Source of the DNA: the human T2T-CHM13v2.0 reference genome, Homo sapiens
Strand: one strand, 5' to 3'
DNA length: 64,000 nt
Assembly (NCBI RefSeq): GCF_009914755.1
Contig: NC_060947.1
Positions 42,266 through 56,640 of the stretch are shown here, piece after piece (within the stretch, counting starts at the first letter, position 1; each line of letters opens with the position of its first letter). A program made the translations under genes and the position numbers. The notes under the pieces are model-generated. The model saw nothing but the letters and a program-made list of their open reading frames with translations, ran no database searches and was not told where the DNA came from.

Positions 42266-43514
42266 TGTATTAGTCAGGGTTCTGTAGAGAAAGGCGTAGG
42301 CTGGGAAGCTAGGCAAATCTCTCCATTTCATGTTTTTCTGCCTGCCTTACATTCCTGGCAGCTAATTAGATTGTGCTCACCCAGCTTAAGGGTGGATCTA
42401 CTTTCCCAAGCCCACTGACCCAAATGTTAATCGCTTCTAGAAACACCCTCACAGACATACCCAGGATCAATAATTTCAATCCAATCAAGTTGACACTCAG
42501 TATTAACCATCACAAGTCCACCCCTTGTCAACTTGAACCCACACACATCTCCTGAAATCATACATAATCTTCAAATAAAGACAATAATAAGGTCATAATT
42601 ACACCTAACATAATACAGCTATCTTTCCTACAATTGGAAATGCACCAATATCCAACCCAAATATTATAACATAGGGTTAACAACACTTAAATGCTGATAT
42701 GAAGTCAATAAATCTTATGTCACATGATAAAAGGGAAGGAAATAAAATAAAGATATTTTCTTAGTACAAGTGTATAGATACACAAACATGTTTTCAGAAA
42801 AAGAAAGAAGAAATACTTATGACAATTACAGTCCCCATTTCTGCAGCTGGTCATGTGGTCATAGCTGGTATGGAAGACTACCTTTTCTACTATGCATTCT
42901 GTATTCCCGTTGCCTTCAGCAAGCACCTCAGTATGTCATTTTGTTTGTTTGTTTGTTTGTTTTCCCGGTGGAGTGACCCAAATCTTCTTTCCTGAGGTGT
43001 CTGGGCCATTTGTAGCTCTGCCTGGATTGGGCTGTTGTAGTTTTCCATTGACCTTAATCACAGGGCATGGTAACACTAAGAGATGCCCTAATGGATCTCC
43101 TGTATTCCATGCATACTCTTCCTTACCTCTGTTGTGAAGTAGTAGATTGATTTCATCTTGATAGTCCAAGTCAGTCACCCCCACGAACACTGTAAGTCCC
43201 TTCTTAGCCTGTCAACTTAAAGGTAAGAGGAGCCCAAAGTGTCCAGGTGGCAATCTCAACTTCCAGTTTAATGGAATCGTGGTTGTGTTTCCTGGTGGCA
43301 GCGTTCCTCCCTCTGGAACTAAGACCTCTAGACCAGCAGAACATAATGTCACGGGAACAGGAAGGAAATATTTTGCTAGTGGATCACTAGGGGTGATGGT
43401 GAGTGATACCACTTCCACTTCCACCCCTTGATTTCTGGACCCGTGAATCCTGGCTATGGGAGAAACAGTACTATATATCGAACGCTGATTCAGAGCATAC
43501 ACGGCCTTCTGGAG
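42266..43514 (-). mobile_element. Truncated HERV-L: internally deleted MLT2A 3' LTR (42266-42514) plus dUTPase/integrase end
   Basis: Minus-strand ORFs QKAVYALNQR..LPPGHFGLLLP and DYQDEINLLLHN are paralogous to 32290-33280. Confidence 0.94.
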
Positions 43515-46500
43515 TTTCATAGTTTGAGGCCTTAGTTTTATGTTTTTAATCCATTTTGATTTGATTCTTATATGGAAAGAGATAGAAGTCTAGTGTCATT
43601 CTTTGCATATGGATATCCAGTTTTTCCAGCACGATTTATTGAAGAGACTGGCCTTTCCCCAAAGCATGTTCTTGGCACTTTTGTCAAAATGAGCTCACTG
43701 TAGATGTATGGTGTTTATCTCTGAGTTTTGATTATGTTCCAGTGATCTATGTGTCTGTTTCTATGCCAGTACCATGCTGTTCCTGTTACTTTAGCACTTT
43801 AGTGTAAAGTCAGATAAAGCAATTTATCTAGTTTTGTTCTTTCTATTCAGGAGAGCTTTGATTATTCTGGTTCCATACACATTTTAGAATTTTTTTTTCT
43901 ATTTCAGTAAAGAATGCCATTCAGATTTTGATAGGGATTGCATTGAATCTGTGGATTGCATTGGGTAGTATGAACATTTTAACAATATGGATTCTTCCAA
44001 TCCACGAGCATGAAATATCTTTACATATTTTTGTGTCCTCTTCAATTTCTTGCATCAATGCTGTATTAGTTTGTTTTCATACTGCTGATAAAGACATAGT
44101 AGAGACTGGGCAATTTACAAAAGAAAGAGCTTCAGTGGACTTACATTTCCATGTGGCTGGGGAGGCCTCACAATCATGGTGGAAGTTGGAAGGCATGTCT
44201 CACATGATGGCAGAGAAGAGAAGAGAGCTTGTGCAGGGAAACTCTCCTTTTTAAAATCATCGGGTCTCATGAGACTTATACACTATCATGAGAACAGCAC
44301 AGGAAAGACCTACCCTATGATTCAATTACCTCCCATCCGGTCCCTCCCACAACACCTGGGAATTCAAGATGAGATTTGAGTGGGGACACAGCCAAACCAT
44401 ATCAAATGCTTATAGATTTCATTGTAGAGTTCTTTCCACCTGTTTGGTCAAGTTAATTCATAGTTATTTTATTCATAGCTGTTGTAAATGGGATTGCATT
44501 CTTTATTTTTTTTTAGATTGTTCACTGTTGGCATGTAGAAATACTACGTATTTTTGTTTGTTGATTTTGGATCCTGCAACTTAACTCAATTTGTTTATCA
44601 GATCCAATAGCTTTTTGGTGGATTTTCTAGCTTTTTTTCAAATATAAGCTCATATCATCAGAAAACAAGAACAGTTTGACTTCTTCCTTTTGAATTTGGA
44701 TGTCCTTTATTTCTTTCTCTTGTCTGATTGCTCTAGCTAAGACTTCCAATACTATGTTGCAAAACAGTGGTGACAGTGGGCTTCCTTGTCATTTCCTAAT
44801 CTTATTTGAAAGAATTTGTTTCTCCCCATTCAGTATGATACTAGCTGTGGGTCTGTTGTATATGGCTTTTATTATATTGACGTATCTGTTTTCTATACCC
44901 AGTTATTTCAGGGTTTTAATCACAATGGGATGTTGAATTGTATTAGTTTTCCAGCATGAATTGAAATGACCTTATAATTGTTGCTCTTTATTATGTTTAT
45001 ATGATGTATTACATTAATTGATTTGTATATGCTGGACCATTCTCCCATGGCTGGGATAAATCCTACTTGGTAATTATGGATGATCTTTTTAATATATTGG
45101 TGAAATTTGTTTGCTAGTACTTTTTGAGGATATTTGCATTAATATTCATCAGTTATATTGGCCTATAGTTTTATTTCTTTGATATGTCTCTGTCTGGTTT
45201 TGGTATTAAGGTAATACAGTTTGGAACTACTCTCTCCACCTCTATTTTTCAGAATAGATTGAGCACTATTGTCATTAGTTTTTTAATTGTTTGGTAGCAT
45301 TCAGCAGTGAAGCCATTAGGTCCTCACTTTTTCATTGCTGAGAGAAATTTTACTACCACTTCAATTACGTTACTTGTTATTGGTCTGTTCAAGATTTAGA
45401 TTTCTTTCTGGTTCAATAATGGTAGGTTACTTATGTCTAAGAATTTATCCATTTCATCTAGATTTTCCAATTTCTTGTAATATAGGACATGAAGTTGCTC
45501 GTAGTATCCACTAACGATTATTTGAATTTCTGTATCATCAGATGTAATGTCTTTTTTCCACCACTGACTTTAATTGGGTTTTCTCCTTTTTTTCTTAGTC
45601 TGGCTCAGGGTTTGTCAGTTTTGCTGAACTTTTCAAAAAAACAACTTTTTTTGTTTTGTTGAATATTGGCATTCTTTGCTTTATTTCAAATTCATTTATT
45701 TCTGCTCTGATTTTTATTTTTTTCTTCTAATTTTAGGTTGGTTTGCTCTTGCTTTCCTAGTTCTTTAATATGCACTGTTAGGTTATTTTATTTTTTTCTT
45801 CTTTTTTGATGTAGGCACGTATTGCCATAAACAGCTCTCGTAGTACTGCTTTTGTTGTATTCCATAGGTTTGGGTATGTTGTGCTTCCATTATCATTCGT
45901 TTCAAGAAAATTTTCAATTTTCTTCTTATTTGTTGACCCACTGGTCATTCAGGAGCATATTGTTTAATTTCTATATATTTGTGTAATTTTTGAAATTCCT
46001 TTTGTTATTGATTGTAGTTTTTATTCCATTGTGGTCACAGCAGATGCTTGATGTTATTTCAATTTTTTTAATGTTTTAAGATTAGTTCTGTTACCTAATG
46101 TACTGTCATTCTTGTGAATGATCAATGTGCTGAGGGGAAAAAAATATGTATTCCACAGCCGTTGGATAGAATGTTCTGAAAAGTTCTATTAGGTCTATTT
46201 GATCTATAGTTACTATTATGTTGAAAATTCATTTGCTTATATTCTGTCTGGAGAATCTGCTAAAGAGTGAAAGTGGGATTTTGAAGTTTTTAGCTATTGT
46301 TGTATTGGTATCTATTTCTCTCTGCAGCTCTAATGGCATTGGCTTTATATATCTGGGTGTCTAAATGTTGGGCATATGTATACTTAAAATTATAATATCC
46401 CTTGCTGAATTGACCCCTTTATCATAATATAGTGACTTATTTGTCTCTTACAGTCTTTGTCTTGAAGCCTATTTTGTCTCATATAAGTATAGTGACACCT

Positions 46501-49490
46501 GCTTTTTTTGTTTTCCATATGCATGAAATATTTTTCTATCCCTTTATTGTCAGTCTAGCTGTGTCTTTATAGGAGAAATGTATTTCTTTTAAGAGAAAAA
46601 TCAATTGATATTGTTTTTATATTTATTCAGCCAGCCTATGACTTTTAATTGGAGAGCTTAGTCCATTTATATTCAATGTTATTATTGATAAGTTAGAATC
46701 TACTCCTGCCATTTTCTTATTTGTTTTCTGGTTGTTTTTTGGTCTTCTCTTTCTTCTTCACTTCCTTTCTTCTTATTTTACCAATGATGATTTTCTCTAG
46801 TGGTATGATCTAATTTTCTGCTTTTTATTTGTGTATCTGTCATATGTCTTTTGGTTTTAGATTACCATGAGGCTTCAAAATACTCTCTTATATACAACTA
46901 TTTTTACCTGATAACAACTTAACACTGTGTAAGCAAACAAATGAACAAGCAAAAAAAAAAACTAATGAAAGCTCTACATCTTTCCTTAATCCACCTTCTT
47001 TTTAATTTTTGTTGTTTCCATTTGTATCTTGCTGTACTGTTGATGTCTTTAAAAGTTGTTTTAGTTATTATTTTTGATTGGTTTATCCTTTTTCTTTCTA
47101 CTTAATATTAGTTTTCACATCACAGTTACAGTGTTATAATAGTCTGTGTTTTTCTGTGTATTTACTACTACATGTGAATTTTGTACTTTCAGATGATTTC
47201 TTCTTGATCAGTAATGCCCTCCTTTTCCTTCTGATTTAAATACTTCCTTTAGGATTTCTTGTACGATAGGTCTACTTTGATGAAATCCATCAACATTTGA
47301 TTATTTGAAGAGTCTGTTCCTACTTTACATTTTAAAGATTTTTTATGAGATATATTATTCTAGGGTAAAAGTATTTTTTTCTCCTTCAGCACTTTAAATA
47401 TCTCATGTCTCTCTCTCCTGGTCTGTAAGGTTTCCACTGAAAATTTTATTACCCAGACGTATTGGAGTTCCATTGTATGTTACTTTTTTCTCTTGCTGCT
47501 TTTAGAATCCTTTCTTTAATCTTGACCTTTGGGAGTTTGATTATTAAATGCCCTGAGATAGTCTTCTTTGGGCTAAATCTGCTTGGTATTCTATAACCTT
47601 CTTGTACTTGGATATTAATATTTTTCTCTAGGTTTCAGGAGTCCTCTGTTATAACTCCATTAAATACAGTTTATACCCCATCTCTTTTTCTGCTTTCTTT
47701 TCAAGGACAACCGAGATTTTTCCTTTTGAGTATATTTTCTAGATTCTGCTTGGCCCAAACAAATAGAGTAACTTTCTCTTTTCTGAGCTGCCTTGAGCTG
47801 GGCCTTCACCACTGGGTCTGCACTGTGTCAGAGCTAAAGCCAGCAGAGCACTGGGTCTGACCCAAGGCCCACTGTAACCATTACTCAGCTGCTGCTTATG
47901 TTCACTGAAGGTCCTGGATCTCTACAATTAACAGGTGACAAAGCCAGCCAGGCTTGTGTATTTCCATTCAGGGCATTCAGGGTTGTGAGTTCCATCATTC
48001 TCTGAAAGGGTCTAGAGGTGCTGTTTGGGAGCAAGGGACTAAAGAAGTCTACCTAGTGTTCTATTGTACTGCAGCTGAGCTGGCAGTCAAATCAGAAGAT
48101 CCAGTTTTCCCCGCTCTTCTCTAAGCTTTCCACAGGCAGAGGAGCCTCACCGCATGTCCACCACCACCACAGGCCCACAGGCAGTACTGCCAGGCTACCG
48201 CCAATGTTCACTTAAGGTCAAAGGGCTTTTTAGTCAGCTGATGGTGATTGCTGCCTGACCTGGGACTCATCTTTCAGGCAGTGGGCTTCACTCTGGCACA
48301 GGGGAAGCCCAGAAATGTCATCCAAAAGCCAATGCCTGGAATAGATCATCCCAACTGCCCACATAGTGCCCGCCCCCACCCCATGTCCAACCTGGTACCT
48401 AAGATGCAAAACAAGGTCCCCTTTATGTTTCCTTATGCATTTCTCAGTGAGATGGAATCTCTAACTATAGCAGCCACAGCTGGGAATGTACTGAGTCTCT
48501 CCTGAAGCCAGTAAGTCTAAGAGGCTCACCCAAGGCCCATGGTGTACTAGCTGAGTATTACTGCTGGTTATTCAGGGCTCAGTGGCTCATTAGTTGATGT
48601 TTTCTTGCCTGGACTGGATCTTTTCCTTCAAGGAAGTGGGTTCTTTTCTGGTCCAGGGTGTGCCTAGAAAAGTCATCCTGGAGCTAGGGCCTAGAAAAGG
48701 GATATCTCAAATTTGATTGGTGCCCTATCCTACTGTGGCTGAACTGGTATCCAAGATGCATGACAATATGGTTTTTACTCTTTCCTCTTCTCTCCTCAAG
48801 CAGAATAAAGGGGACACTATTGGAGCCAAAAACTGTGCTATCTCTGGTTGGGGAAGGGATGGCACAACCACTTTCTTAGTTGCTTTGGCTGATGTCTCAC
48901 TAGGTCACACTTCCCAAAGTTTCCGGGCTCTGAGTCTAATCCTACACCATGGCTTGCTTAGTAGTTGCAGTCCTTGTGGCCTAGACTACCTTTCATGTTT
49001 CCTTAGAGACCCACAGCACTCTAGCCTTTGGTGACAAGGCTTGCCAAAAGTAAAGTTCTGATCAAGGGGATGAGTGATTCCCCTCTGGTTAAGACTGTTT
49101 TGAATACTTTCTCTATGGTGACCATCAGCTGAATTCATCCCAGCTTTGCATTCTACTGTGATGAGGCAGCACTGAGTTCAGTGCAATGTCTCACAATTGG
49201 CTTTAGTGTCCTTCTGCCAAGCCCACAAACGTTCTCTTTGAGCAACATGGCCAACACTGGGGGATGTGGAAAGAGTGGCATTAGCAATTCGACACTGTCT
49301 TTTCCCTGGGTCACTGAAGACCCTATTCAGTGCTTCTTTTAGTCATATGAAGTTAAAACCAGGTACTGTGAGAGATCACTTAATTTTTTATTCTTATGAA
49401 GGTGCTTTTTTTTGTTGTCAAATTTGGTGCTCTTGTGTTAGGAATGATCAGTGGAACCTTCTATTTGGTCATCATAATCTCCCTCTCTCT
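43515..49490 (-). mobile_element. L1 (L1MA/L1M1-like) 5' UTR-ORF1-ORF2, lacking its 3' end
   Basis: Continuous antisense ORF2 (about 43515-46750), ORF1 remnants and a GC-richer 5' UTR at 47750-49490. Confidence 0.9.
44062..44404 (-). mobile_element. THE1 (THE1B-like) solo LTR
   Basis: tgtattagt...gctgataaagacata...ggggacacagccaaaccatatca; perfect AATGC TSD. Confidence 0.95.
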
Positions 49491-49699
49491 GAATCTATAA
49501 ATTTTTGTGTCTATAAAGACATTATTTGTATTTTAGTACTGAATGTTTAAAAAGCAGACATCTAAAGAGTTATTTAGATGTGAAACTAAAAAAAAACTTA
49601 TAAGGTGTTATTGTTTAACATAAAAAACCAAGTTAAAGTTGAGCAAATGTCTAATTTATGTGAGTTAAAATTATTGTATTATGGTGCCAATGTTTTATC

Positions 49700-50998
49700 A
49701 GCACACATTCACTTTATATCTCTGTGTCACATTTGGTAATTCTTGCAATATTTCAAACTTTTTATTATTATTATATTTTATGATGACCTGTAATCAGTGA
49801 TCTTTGATGTTGCTATTCTAATTGTTTTGGGGTGCCCTAAACCACCCCCAAATAAGATGCTGAATTTAATTGATAAACACTGTGGGTGTTATGAACACTC
49901 CACTGACTGGCTGTACCCTATCTCTGTACCTGTCCTCAGGCATCCCTATTTTCTGAGTCACAGCAATATTGAAATGAGGACACTTAATAACCCTACAATG
50001 GCCTGAAAGTATTCAGTTGAAAGAAAGATTTGCACATCTCTCCCCTTAAGTCAAAAGCTAGAAATACTTATGACCAGAAAAGAAGACATGGCTGGAAGTA
50101 AAGATTGGCCAAAAACTGGGCTTCTTTTGCAGTTAGCCAAGATGTGAAGACAAAGCAAAAGGTCTTGATGGAAATGCAAAGTGCTTTCCACTGAATAAAC
50201 AAATGATAAGAAAGTGAAATAGCCTTATCATTGATATGGAGAAAGCTTCAGTGGTCTGGATAGAAGATTAAACCAACCACAACATTCCCCTAAACCTAAC
50301 CCTAATCCAGAGCATGGTTTTAAATCTCTTTATTTTGAGAGAGGTAAGGGAGCTGCAGAAGAAAAGTTTAAAGCTGGCAGAGGTTGGCTTAAGGTGTTTA
50401 AAAAAGAAGCCATCTCCATAACATAAAAGTGCAAGATGAAGCAGGAAGCATTTTGTTCTCCAGAAGATCTGGCTAAGATAAATGATAAATACGGTTGCAG
50501 TAAACAACAGATTTTCAAAGTAGAAAAAACAGCCTTATATTGATTTAAAAGAATGCTACCTAGTACTTTTATAGTAGTTAGGGTAGAAGCTAATATCCAG
50601 CTTTAAAGCTTCAAAGCACAGACTGACTTTCTTGTTAGGACCCTAATGCAGCTGGCGACTTTAAGTTAACATCAATGCTCATTTACCATTTTAAAAAACT
50701 TAGGACCTTTGAGAATTATGCTAAATTGACTCTGCCTGTGCTCTGTAAAAGGAACAATGAAGCCTTGATGACAGCACATCTGTTTACAGCATGGTTCACC
50801 GAATATTTTGAGCCCGCTGTTGACACCCTCTTCTCAGAAAACAAAGATTCCTTTCAAAATGTTACTTCTCATTGTCAGTGCACCTGGTCACCCAAGAGCT
50901 CTGATGGAGATGTACAGAGTGTAATGTTGCTTTGATTCCTATTAAAACAATATTCATTTTGGAAACAATAGATCAAAGAGTTATTTTGGCTTTCAAGT
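49700..50998 (+). mobile_element. Tigger1 DNA transposon 5' part with decayed transposase
   Basis: gtcaaaagctagaaat, gtggtctggatagaagat, aagctggcagaggttgg, ccctaatgcagctgg and AHLFTAWFTEYF are Tigger1 transposase hallmarks. Confidence 0.9.
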
Positions 50999-53350
50999 TC
51001 TTTTTAAACTTGTATTTTAGATTGAAGGGTACAGGTACAGGTGTGTTACATAGGTAAATTGTGTCACAAGAGTTTGTTGTACACATTATTTTGCCACCCA
51101 GGTAATAGGCATAGCATAAGACAAGTAGTTTTTTAATCCTCACCCTACTCCTTCCCTCCACCATCAAGTAGGTATTAGTGTCCTTTGTTCCCTTCTTTGT
51201 GTCTATATGTATTCAGTGTTTAGCTCCAAATTGTAAGTGAGAACATGTGGTATTTGATTTTCTGTTTACATGCGAGTTCACTTAGGATAATGAGCTCCAG
51301 CTTCATCCACACATCTGCAAAAGACACAATCTCATTCTTTTTATCATTGTATAGTATTCCATGGTGTACATTTAGTACATTTCCTTTATCCAGTGCACCC
51401 TTCAGGGGCATTTAGGCTGATTCCATATTTTTGTTATTTTAAAAGTTGCTACAATAAACATACATGTTCATGTGTCTTTATGGTAGAACAACATATTCCT
51501 TTGAGTATATAACTAATAAGAAAATTGCTGGGTTGAATGGCAATTCTCCTTTGAGTTCTTTGAGAAGTTGCCAAACAGCTTTCCACAATAGCTGAACTAA
51601 TTTACATTCCCATCATCAGTGCATTTCCTTTTCTTCACCGCCACGCCAGCATCTATTATTTTTGACTTCTTATTAATAGCCATTCTGATTGATGTGAAAT
51701 GGTATCCCATTGTGGTTTTAATTGGCATTTCTTTAATGATTAGTGATGTTGAGCATTTTTGATATGCTTATTTGCCATATGTATATCTTTTTGGTTTTGA
51801 GTAGTGTCTGTTCATATGTTTTGCCCACTTTTTAATGGGGCTGTTTTTGCTTGTTGAATTGTTTAAGTTCCTTATGTATTCTGGGTATTAGACCTTTGTC
51901 AGATGCATAGTTTACAAGTATATTCTCCCATTCTTTAGGTTGTCTGTTTACTCCCTTGATAGTTTATTTTGCTGTGTGGAAGCTCTCTAGTTTAATTAAG
52001 TTTCATTTTTCAATTTTTGTTGTTTTTGCAATTGCTTTTGGAATGATCATCATAAAATGTTTGTCAGGTTCTATGTCCGGAACGGTATTGCCTAGGTTAT
52101 TTTTCAGTTTCTTCATAGTTTTAGGTTTTACACTTAGATCTTCAATCCAAATTGGGTTAATTTTTGTACATAGTGTAAGGAAGGAGTCCAGTTTCAATCT
52201 TCTGCATAGGCTAGCCAGTTATTCCAGCACCATTTATAAAATAGAAATTCCTCTTCCTATTGCTTTTTATTTGTCAGCCTTTTTGACTATCAGATGGTTG
52301 TAGGTATGTGGCATTATTTCTGGACTCTCTATTCTGTTCCCTTGGTTTATGTGTCTTTTTAAACCAAATACCATGTATGTTGTTTTGTTTGCAATAACAT
52401 TGTAGTATAGTTTGATGTTGGGTAACACGACACCTCCAGCTCCTTTCCTTTTGTTTAGAATTGCTTTGGCAATTCAAGCTCTCTTTGGGCTCCATGTGAA
52501 TTTTAAAAATCATTTTTTTCTAATTCTGCAAAGAATGTCATGGGGTAGTTTGATAGAAATAGTATTGAATTTGCAAATTACTTCGGGCAGTATGGCTATT
52601 TTAACAAAATTGAGTCTTATTATCCATAAATGTGCAAAGTGTTTTTCATTTGCTTGTGTCACCTCTGATTTATTGGAGTAGAGTTTTGTAATTCTCATTT
52701 TAGAGATCTTTTGCCTCCCTGGTTAACTATATACCTAGAAATTTTTTCTTCTTGTGGCTATTGTGAATGGAATTGTGTTCTTGATTTGGCATTCAGCTTA
52801 GATGTGGTTGGTGTATAGAATTGCTAGGATTTTTGTACATTGATTTTGCATCCTGAAACTTTGCTGAAATTGTTTATCATCTCAAAGAGCTTAGTCTCTT
52901 AATACATTTTTAAGAACTTGATTTATGAATCTTCATTCTCCTGTGTTGGGTGCATATATATTTAGGGCAGTTTGTCTTTTTGTTGAATTGAGAGTTTTGC
53001 TGATATGTAAGGCCCGTTTTTTGAATTTTGTTGCTTTAAAGTATCTTTTATCTGAACTAGCATAGCAAATATGTGTGGAATAGATTCTGTCATTGTGTTT
53101 TTAGGTAGTTATTATGCAGACTTGTTTGTGTAGTTGCTTTCTTGTGTCAATAATTTGTGAACTTAAGTATATTTTTGTATTGGCTGGAAATGGTCTTTTC
53201 TTTCCATATTTAGCACTCCTTTCAGGACTTCTTGTAAGGCAGGTCTGGTAGTAATAAATTCCATTCGGATTTGCTTGTCTGAAAAAAATAAAACATTTCT
53301 TCTTCTTTTATGAAGCTTAGTTTAAATGGATATAAAATTCTTGATTGAAC
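50999..53350 (-). mobile_element. L1 (old L1PA/L1PB), antisense, with internal deletions
   Basis: 3' UTR with T-tail at 51000, ORF2 C-terminal half (KLDSFLT), then a jump near 52890 to endonuclease and ORF1-end sequence. Confidence 0.88.
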
Positions 53351-53699
53351 CTTAATTTTATTTTTGGCTGCTGTAAATGAAATTACTGATTTTAAATGTC
53401 TTTTTCCCATTGTTCACTCTTGTCAAATAGGAATGCTACTGGTTATTCTATATTGATTTTCTATATGAATATTTAGTGAATTTGTTTATCAGTTCTAATA
53501 GCTTTTTGGAAGCATATTTAGATTTTTCCAAATATAAGATCATACAATCAGCAAACGAGGATTATTTGACTTCTTTGTTTCCAATTTGCATATGCTTTTT
53601 GTCTTTCTCTTGCCTAATTGCTCTAGCTAGGGCTTCCAGTACTATATGGAATAACAGTGATGACAGTGGGCATCCTGGTCATGTTCCATATCTTAGAGA

Positions 53700-54131
53700 T
53701 GTTAAAAGAAAAACTTCAACCAAATTAAATTTAAAGGAGTTTAAAGGAGCAATGAACAATTTGCAAATCGGGCAACCCCTAGAATCACAGGAGATCCAGA
53801 GAGACTCCAGGAGTGCCTCGTGGTCAGAACAAATTTATAGACAAAAAAAATAAGGTGACATGCAGAAATGGGAAGTGAGGTACAGAAACAGCTGTATTGG
53901 TTACAGCTCGGCATTTGCCTTATTAGAGCACAGTTTGAACATTCAGCCATATATGACTGGTTGAAGTATGGCTGCTGGGATTGGCCAAGACTCAGTGATT
54001 GTTACAGGTGCATACTCCTAAGTTATGTCTTTAATCTTGTCTACCTATTAAGTTAGGTTGCAGTTCATACACAGTGACTCAAATATAGAAGTACGAAGCC
54101 CTTCTCAGGCCATATTTAGTTTGCTTTAACA
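53700..54131 (-). mobile_element. MER57 (MER57A-like) solo LTR
   Basis: Reverse complement starts tgttaaagcaaactaaatatggcctgagaaggg; perfect GAGA TSD. Confidence 0.85.
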
Positions 54132-54298
54132 GAGAAAAGGCTTTCAGTTTTTCCTCATTCATCCATGAATCTGTCATGTATGGCTTTTATTATGTTTAGG
54201 TACGCTCTTTCTATCCCCAGTTTTTGGAGGGTTTTTATCATGAAGGGATGTTGAATTTTATCAAATACTTTTTCACTATCAATTTAAATAACCATATG

Positions 54299-54604
54299 TT
54301 TTTTGTTTTTTGTGTTTTTTTTGAGATGGAGTCTTGCTCCATTGCCCAGGCTGGAGTGCAGTGGCACGATCTTGGCTCACTGCAAGCTCTGCCTCCCAGG
54401 TTCATGCCACTCTCCTGCCTCAGCCTCCTGACTAGCTGGGACTACAGGAGCCCGCCACCACCCCCGTCTAAATTTTTTGTATTTTTATTAGAGACGAGGT
54501 TTCACTGTGTTAGCCAGGATGGTCTCGATCTCCTGACCTCGTGATTTGCCTGCCTCAGCTTCCCAAAGTGCTGGGATTACAGGCATGAGCCACCACGCCC
54601 AGCC
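54299..54604 (-). mobile_element. Alu (AluY-like), antisense
   Basis: gcaagctctgcctcc and tgttagccaggatggtctcgatc; near-TSD aataaccatatg / aataataatatg. Confidence 0.95.
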
Positions 54605-56640
54605 AATAATAATATGCTTTAAATCTTCATTCTGTGGATAAGATGTATCACACTGATTGATTTGCACTTGTTGAACCATTCTTGCTTCCCAGAAATAAAT
54701 CTCACTTGGTTATAACGAATGATCTTTCTAATGTGTTGTTGAATTCTGTTTGCTTGTATTTGGTGAGAATTTTTGCATCAATATTCATCATAACTGATGA
54801 ACCTGTAGCTTATTTTGTTATTTGTCTTTGTCTTGTTTTGGTATCAACGTAATACTGGCCTTGTAGAATGAAGTTGAAAGTATTGCTTTCTATTCTAGTT
54901 TTGGAATAGGTTGAGTAGCATTGGCATTAGTTCTTCTTTAAATGTTTCATAGAATTCAGCAGTGAAGCCATCAGGTCCTAGGTTTTATTTACTGAAAGGC
55001 TTTTTATTATAGCTTTGATCTTATTACTTGTTATTGGTCATTTCAGGTTTTGAATTTCTTCCTGGTTCAATCTTAGTAGGTTGTATGTGTTTAAGAATAT
55101 GTCCATTTCTTCTAGATTTTCCAATTTACTGGCATGTAGTTCCTCATAGTAGGCACTAATGAATTTTTGAATTTCTGCAGTATTAGTTGTAATGTTTTTT
55201 TTTTAATTTCTGATTTTATTTATTTTTATTTTCTCTTCTTATTGCTAGTCTGGCTAAAAGCTTTTCAATTTTCTTTAACTTTTCAAGAAAACAACATTTG
55301 TTTCATTGATCTTGCACTATTATTTTCTTCATTTCAATTTCATTTATTTCTGTTCCAATCTTTTTTTTCTACTACTTTTGTGTTTGGTTTGCACTTGCTT
55401 TTCTAATACTTAGATGCATTATTAGATTGTTTATTTATAAAGTTTTTATCTTTTTTGATGTAGGCTCTTTTAGCTATAAACTCCTCTCTGAATATTACTT
55501 TGTCTGTATCTCTTAAAATTTTGGTATGGTGTGTTCCCATTATCATTTGTTTAAAACATTTTCAACTTTTTAAAAATTTCTTTATTGAGCCACTGGTTAT
55601 TTAGGACCATATTGTTTAATTTCCATGTATTCGTATAATTGCCAAAATTCCTATTATTATTAATTTCTAATTTTATTATATTATGGTCAGAGAAGCTGCT
55701 TGACATGATTTCAATTTTTTTAATGCTTTAAGACTTGTTTTGTGACCTAATGTATGGTCTATACTTGAAGATGATCCATGTGCTGAGAAAAAAATAATGC
55801 ATATTCTGCACCCATTGGATAAAATGTTCTGTAAATATCAATTAGCTCTATTTGTTCTATAGTGCCAATTAAATCTGATGGTTGTTAGTTGATTTTCTGT
55901 CTGGAAAGTCTCTACAATGCTAAAAGTGGGGTGTTGAAATACCCAGCTATTACTCTGACCTATCTCTTTCTTTAGCTCTAATATTTCCTTTATCTGTGTG
56001 GGTGCTCCAGTGTTGGGTGCATATCTATTTTAAATGTTTATATTCTCTTGAGGAATTGACCCTTTATCATTGTATAAAGACCTTCTTTGTCTCTTCTTAT
56101 AGTTGTTTTCCCTTTTCATAGTCTTCAAAGCTATTTTGTCTGATATAACCATAGCAATCCTTGCTCTTTTGTTGTTTTCATTGGCATGGAATATCTTTCT
56201 TAATCTTTTTATTTTTATGCTATTTGTGTCTTTATAGGTAGAGTGTGTTTTTTTGTAGGTGACAGATCAATGGGTTTAGTTTTTTTCAGCCATTCAGCCA
56301 GTGTATGTCTTTTGGTTAGGCTGTTTATTCCATTTACATCCAATGTTTTTATTAATAAGCAAGGACTTATTTCTGCCATTTCATTAATTGTTTTCTGATT
56401 CTTTTTCTTCTCTTTTTCCTTTCTTTCATTTCCCACTCTCTCTAGAAAAGTTGATTTTCTCTGATGAAATAATTTAATTTCTTGCTTTGCATGTGTGTGT
56501 TTTCATTGTATGTTCTTTGGTTTGAAGTTACCATGAGGCTTCCAAATACTATCTTATAACCCATTTTTTTAACCTGACACTATTTGCATAAGCAAATAAA
56601 CAAACAAGAGAAAGAAAACTAATAAAACCTCACCTTAACT

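Larger units (their letters stand above)
53351..56640 (-). mobile_element. L1 (L1MA-like) ORF2 N-terminal half, antisense
   Basis: Antisense RT and endonuclease regions (KTLDVNGINS at 56215-56436), interrupted by MER57 and an Alu. Confidence 0.88.

Noticed and set aside
49700-50998. Domesticated TIGD-like transposase gene
   Set aside because: Many stops and frameshifts, and truncated by an L1; an ordinary Tigger1 fossil.
43515-56640. Possible segmental duplication between 44480-46990 and 53360-56640
   Set aside because: Both are the same region of related L1s, visibly very diverged and carrying different nested insertions, so independent copies explain it better.
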